Positions 58,897-64,000 of a stretch of 64,000 nt of DNA are shown one piece after another. This stretch comes from Callorhinchus milii (taxonomy: Eukaryota): contig NW_024704742.1 of assembly GCF_018977255.1 (NCBI RefSeq), forward strand, positions 40,488,001 to 40,552,000, written 5' to 3'. A program made the position numbers and the translations under genes. Under the pieces are notes generated by a model. It saw only the letters and a program-made list of their open reading frames with translations. It ran no database searches and was not told the DNA's origin. How positions within the stretch are numbered: the first letter of the stretch is position 1; each line of letters opens with the position of its first letter.

Positions 58897-59329
58897 AATT
58901 TCATATGTCATAGAAGCAGAACCCTACAAGATATTCTTGTAGGATGCATTGTTTAAAAGAAACTAGCAAGGAGATACTGTCAATAATTTTCCAAACATCT
59001 TTAGAGAAATAGGGAGAAATTATCGGATAAGCTGCCAAGCAAGAATTACTTTTTAAAAATAAAATGAATCAATCATAATTTCCCTTGTAACAACTGATTC
59101 AGCTTCCGACTCAAGATCACAAGATTAGTTTGGATAAAGAAGGTCCTTCGGCTCATCTGATCCCATCCCTTCAGAACATCCAACCTATCATCCTCCATCA
59201 CTGCATCAATCTGCTTTCTAAATGAGTCCAGTGTTGTGGCCTCTACCACCTTTCCTGGTAACCTGCTCCAGTCATTGATTACCATCTGTGACAGAGAAAC
59301 ATGTGAAGGACAGGATGTTTGAAGGCACA

Positions 59330-62300
59330 TCTTGGTTCTTCCTCTACCTCCTCATCCTCCTTGACTTCTCTGCTACTTTCGACCACACTATCGTCATCCA
59401 CCGCCTCTCCTCACCTCAATCTCCTCGGCACTGTCCTTGATTGTTTCAGATCATACCTCTTACACCGCCTGCACTTCATCTCCTCAAACAGCTTCTCCTC
59501 TAGCCCCCGGACCATCTTGTGCGGCGTTCCTCAGGGCTCTGTCCTTGTCTGCTCCTCTTCAACATCTATATGCTCCCCCTTGGTGACATCATCCGCAGAC
59601 ATGGAGTTAACTTCCACATGTATGCGGATGACACCCAACTCTACCTTTCCTCCTCTACTCTCAACTCCAAGACCACCGATGTCCTGACAGCCTGCCTGTC
59701 CGACATCGAGTCCTGGACGAGAGACAACTTTCTTCAGCTCAACGTGCGAAAAACCGAGGCCCTCCTGATTGGCTCACGTCAGCGCCTCCGCACCTCAGGC
59801 GCCGACACCATCAGCATCCAAGGCTGCACTCTCCACCTCTCAAAGCCAGTCAGGAACCTCGGCGTTTTGTTCGACCCTGAGCTGTCGTTTCTCCCTCACA
59901 TCCGCACCACAACTGGCACCGCCTTCCATCACCTCCGGAACATCGCCAGACTACGCCATTACCTCACCCCTCACGCTGCTGAAACCCTGGTTCACGCCTT
60001 TGTCACCTCAAGGCTGGACTATGGGAACTCTCTCCTCGTCGGCCTTCCCGCCACCTCCCTCCACAAACTGTAGGTCATCCAGAACTCTGCAGCTTGTGTA
60101 CTGTCCCGCACTAGGCTTCGGGACCACATCACTCCCACCCTCGCTCGCCTCCACTGGCTCCCCATCCCCCAGAGGATTGATTTCAAGATCCTCATCCTCA
60201 CCTACAAGGCCATTCACGGCCTTGCTCCCTCCTACCTCTCCAACCTACTATCCCCCTACCTACCTGCCCGTACCCTCCGTTCCTCCGGCTCCGGTCTGCT
60301 CCACGTCCCCCGCCCCAATCGCCCTACCATTGGTGGTCGGGCCTTCAGCCTCTCAGCCCCGAGGCTCTGGAACTCTATCCCCCAGTGCCTTCGCCTTGCT
60401 TTCTCCCTCTCCTCCTTCAAGGCCGGTCTCAAAACCTTTCTCTTTGACCGAGCCTTCAGCTCCCCTCTCGACTCTCTTCCCCCTTCTCGCTCCCTCCCAT
60501 CCCTCCCCTCACCCTGACCATTTCCCCCCTCCTCGCTCCCTCCCCTCCCCTGACCATTTCCCCCCTGCTTGGGTCATGACCCAACTGTGCAGCGCCTTGG
60601 GACGTCCTCCTGATGTGAAAGGCGCTTTATAAATGGAATCTTGTTGTTGTTGTTGTTGACCCATCACATCTATCCAGCTACCGGCCCATCTCCAACCTCC
60701 CTTTTCTGTCCAAGGTACTTGAGAGAGCCGTTTCCTCCCAGCTTCGCTCTTTCCTCTCCTCCCACTCCCTCCATGTCCGTCCAATCAGGTTTCCATGCTG
60801 CCCACAGCACGGAAACTGCTCTGGTCAAGGTCACAAATGACATCCTGACCATGTGTCACCAGGGCTCCCTCTGCCTCCTCGTCCTCCTCAACCTCTCCGC
60901 CGCTTTTGACACTGTGGATCATTCAGTCCTCCTAAACCGCCTCTCCTCCCACCTCAACCTCCAAGGTTCTGTCCTTGACTGGTTCAGGTCGTACCTTTCA
61001 CACCACCGCCACTTCGTCTCAGCAAACGGCTTCTCCTCCAGCCCCCAAACCGTAATGTGCAACATTCCTCAGGGCTCTGTCCTCAGTCCCCTTCTCTTCA
61101 TCCTCTACATGCTCCCCCTTGGTGACATCATCCGCAGACATGGGGTAAATTTCCACATGTATGTGGATGACACCCAACTCTATCTATCTGCCTCCACCCT
61201 GAACTCCAGGACTACTGACATCCTGACCGACTGCCTGTCTGACATCAAGTCCTGGACGAGGGACAACTTTCTCCTGCTGAACGTCAGGAAGAACAAGGCC
61301 CTCCTGATTGGCTCGCACCAGCGCCTCCGCACCTCAGGCGCTGGCAGCATCAGCCTCCACGGCTGCACACTCAACCTCACTAAGCCAGTCAGGAACCTGG
61401 GTGCCTTGTTTGACCCTGAACTGTCCTTTCTCCCACACATCCGCGCCATGACCGGCACTGCCTACCACCACCTCCGCAACATTGCCAGACTCTGCCACTG
61501 CCTCACCCCTCAGGCTGCCAAAACCCTTACCCACGTATTCATCACCTCAAGGCTCAATTATGAAAATTCCCTCCTCATCGGCCTTCCCAACTCTTCCCTT
61601 CACAAGCTGCAGATCATCCAAAACCTCTACAGCTCGTGTACTCTCACGTACCAGGCTCTGTGACCCCATCACTCCCACCCTCGCCCAACTCCACTGGCTC
61701 CCCATCCCCCAGAGGATCGAATACAAGATCCTCATCCTCACTTTCAAGGCCAACCATGGCCCTGCCACCTCCTACCTCTCTGACCTACTGACTCCTTACC
61801 AACCTGCCCACTCACTTCATTCAGCGGGCTCCAGCTTGTTCCATGTCACCCGCCGGACCCGCCCTACCATCGGTGGCCAACCTTTCAGCCTCTCTGCCCC
61901 CACACTCTGGAACTCAATCCCATGGTTCCTTTGCTTCACTTCTTCCCTTGTCTCCTTCAAGGCTGGTCTTGAGACCCTCCTCTTCAATCATGCCTTCGGT
62001 CGGCCTCCCACCTCTCTGCCTTCCCTCACCCTACCCCACCCCTCCCTCAGGCTCAGGTCCTGACCCCTGACAGTCCAGCGCCTTGGCACATCCTCCCAAC
62101 GTGAAAGGCGCTCTATAAATCAAACTTTGTTGTTGTTGTTGTTGGCTCTCTCACCCCAGGCACTGACAGCATCACCATCCATGGTTGCACACTCCACTTT
62201 GCTAAGCCAGTCCAGAACCTTGGGGTCCTGTTTAACCCTCAAATATCCTTTCCATCCCACATCTGCACCATGACCTGCTCTGCCTTCCCCCACCTCTGCA

Positions 62301-62942
62301 ACGTCACCCAGCCCCGACACTGTCTCACACCACAGGCCGCCAAAACCCTCATACATGCATCCATTACATGCAGGCTCGACTATGCAAACTCCCTGCTTGT
62401 CGGCCTCCCCAACTCCTCCCTCCACAGGCTGCAGATCATCCAGAACTCTACAGCCTGTGTCCTTTCCCGCACCAGGCTCTGTGACCCTATCACCCCCATC
62501 CTTGCCCAACTCCACTGGCTTCCATCACACAGACGATACAGTTCAAGATCCTGGTCCTCACCTTCAAAGCCCTCCACGGTCTTGCTCCCCCCTACCTCTC
62601 CAACCTCCTGACCCCCTACCACCCTGTCCCTCCCTCCACTCAGCAGGCTACGGCCTGTTTCACGTCCCCCGTCTTGCTCGCCTCACTATCCGCCACTCTG
62701 CACCCGCCCTCTGGAACTCCATTCTGCAGTCCCCCTGTCTCGCCCCCTCCCTCGCCACCTTCAAGACCCACCTCAAGACCCTCCTCTTCGACCATGCTTT
62801 CGATCTCCCTGCTTCCCCCCTGCCCTCCCACATCCCCCGACCTTGACTCTCAGCTCGGGTCCGTAACTGTCTGTCCCGCGCCTTGGGACGTCCTCCCGAC
62901 ATGAAAGGCGCTATACAAATGTAAATTTGTTGTTGTTGTTTT
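59330..62942 (+). mobile_element. Three head-to-tail 5'-truncated L2 LINEs (~59330-60658, ~60659-62143, ~62144-62942)
   Basis: RT motifs QSGF..HSTETAL, LSAAFDTVDH, PQGSVL, Y(A/V)DDTQLY; each copy ends in a stem-loop plus (TTG)n; stops and frameshifts present. Confidence 0.93.
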
Positions 62943-64000
62943 CAGGAGTGCCATTATATATTTTTTGAAAGGCCAATGGGCAGTCATTCCCTAAGTGCCT
63001 GAATCAGTTCAAACACAGGTAATCAGCAAATTAATTTGAACTTGTCCAACTTTCAACTTACTGTAGGGACGGAATTCAATTTGACTCTAGTCCTGAGGTG
63101 GAGTGAAATAAATTGACTGACTTTTGGAGAGTGTCTGAATAACATTCCATTCTGAGCCTACAGCAAGTCAGCTTCCTGTCAGCTGAACAGGAAGCTTTAT
63201 TGGCGAGAGTGATCATGAAGAACTTCACAACTCTACCGTCATCAATCTTTCAGACAGACTAGAATCTCCAGTGTTTCATAGAGCAGATTTGCAATTATCC
63301 TTTCAATACTCTGTAACACTGCAGTACTCTGGAGTATGTAGCTGTAGCCTGGATTCCATTGGCCTTTAGCCAGTTACTGTGGGGAAAGTTTGTTAAACTG
63401 AAAGGTTTGTTATCTGCTTTCCCATTCTGGATGTGAGAACAAAGGCCTTGAAGAAGTTGAAAATAGTATTTTAAAAAAAAACATCCTTCACCTTTCTATT
63501 TGCTTTCCTTTAATTTTTTTCTATGTGTTTTCACAGACAATTGCAAATTCTGCAATTCTTTCTTCTTCTTTCTCCTTCAAAATATCAGGTGAATGTTTAA
63601 CAATTTGCCACCTGATAATCCAGAGGAATGAATCTTACAGATTCTCCCAAGTGTGCACTAGGTCTATTGCACAGTTTACATTTCCCCAAAAAGAGAGAAT
63701 AGTGGAAGTTAATTAATCATCTCTGGCGATGGAATACAGAAATCATAAGCACTCAGAAAATTAATTATAAAGGTAATTGATTACAGGGGACCCTGTGGTT
63801 GAAATTAAACAGGTCTTAGGTGAGAAAAAGATATTGCTTTACATATTGTGATATGCTTTTGGTGCTAGATGGTGTCAGCCTCGCTCAGTTGGTTGCAATC
63901 TTGCCTCTGAGGTTCTGAGTTCAAGCCCCACGTCGGGTTCAAGCCTTGTCTATGCTGACACTTCAATGGAGTGCTGGGGGTGTCCTGCATTGTCAAACGT

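Noticed and set aside
59769..60632. 287-aa Pro/Ser-rich ORF and similar off-frame or antisense ORFs over L2 copies
   Set aside because: These are alternative frames of C-rich L2 sequence, with no independent gene evidence.
60641..61663. 340-aa reverse transcriptase ORF as an active or domesticated gene
   Set aside because: It is a 5'-truncated L2 with no endonuclease, YADD changed to YVDD and a frameshift before the C-terminus; the ORF start lies in the previous element's tail.

Overview
Vertebrate genomic DNA. The repeat landscape (tRNA-headed Deu-domain SINEs, L2 LINEs with (TTG)n tails, CR1 LINEs) points to a cartilaginous fish, possibly a chimaera; this is an inference. The window holds the 3' part of one + strand gene, CPEB2 (cytoplasmic polyadenylation element-binding protein 2). 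Nine coding exons (10075-50745) splice GT-AG into an open 1077-nt frame covering the low-complexity linker, RRM1, RRM2 and the ZZ zinc finger. They include the frame-preserving 51-nt exon and the 24-nt ARSYGRRR microexon. A ~3.7-kb retroelement-free 3'UTR carries CPE-like motifs, many miRNA seed sites and a poly(A) signal at 54416. The N-terminal exons lie upstream of the window. Introns and the downstream flank are filled with SINE, L2 and CR1 fragments. The most unusual signals are: (i) two ~200-bp inverted duplications of non-LINE intronic DNA, each fused to a LINE end, one of them bracketing a coding exon; (ii) snap-back/templated fillers at retroposon junctions; (iii) a covarying 3' stem-loop shared by SINEs and L2s, with one SINE subfamily carrying the young-L2 loop; (iv) head-to-tail L2 stacking at (TTG)n tails; (v) an 88-nt intronic hairpin that folds better on the sense strand; (vi) strong sense-strand bias of the young SINEs. 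All alignments were made by eye. No bacterial-type system (CRISPR etc.) is present.
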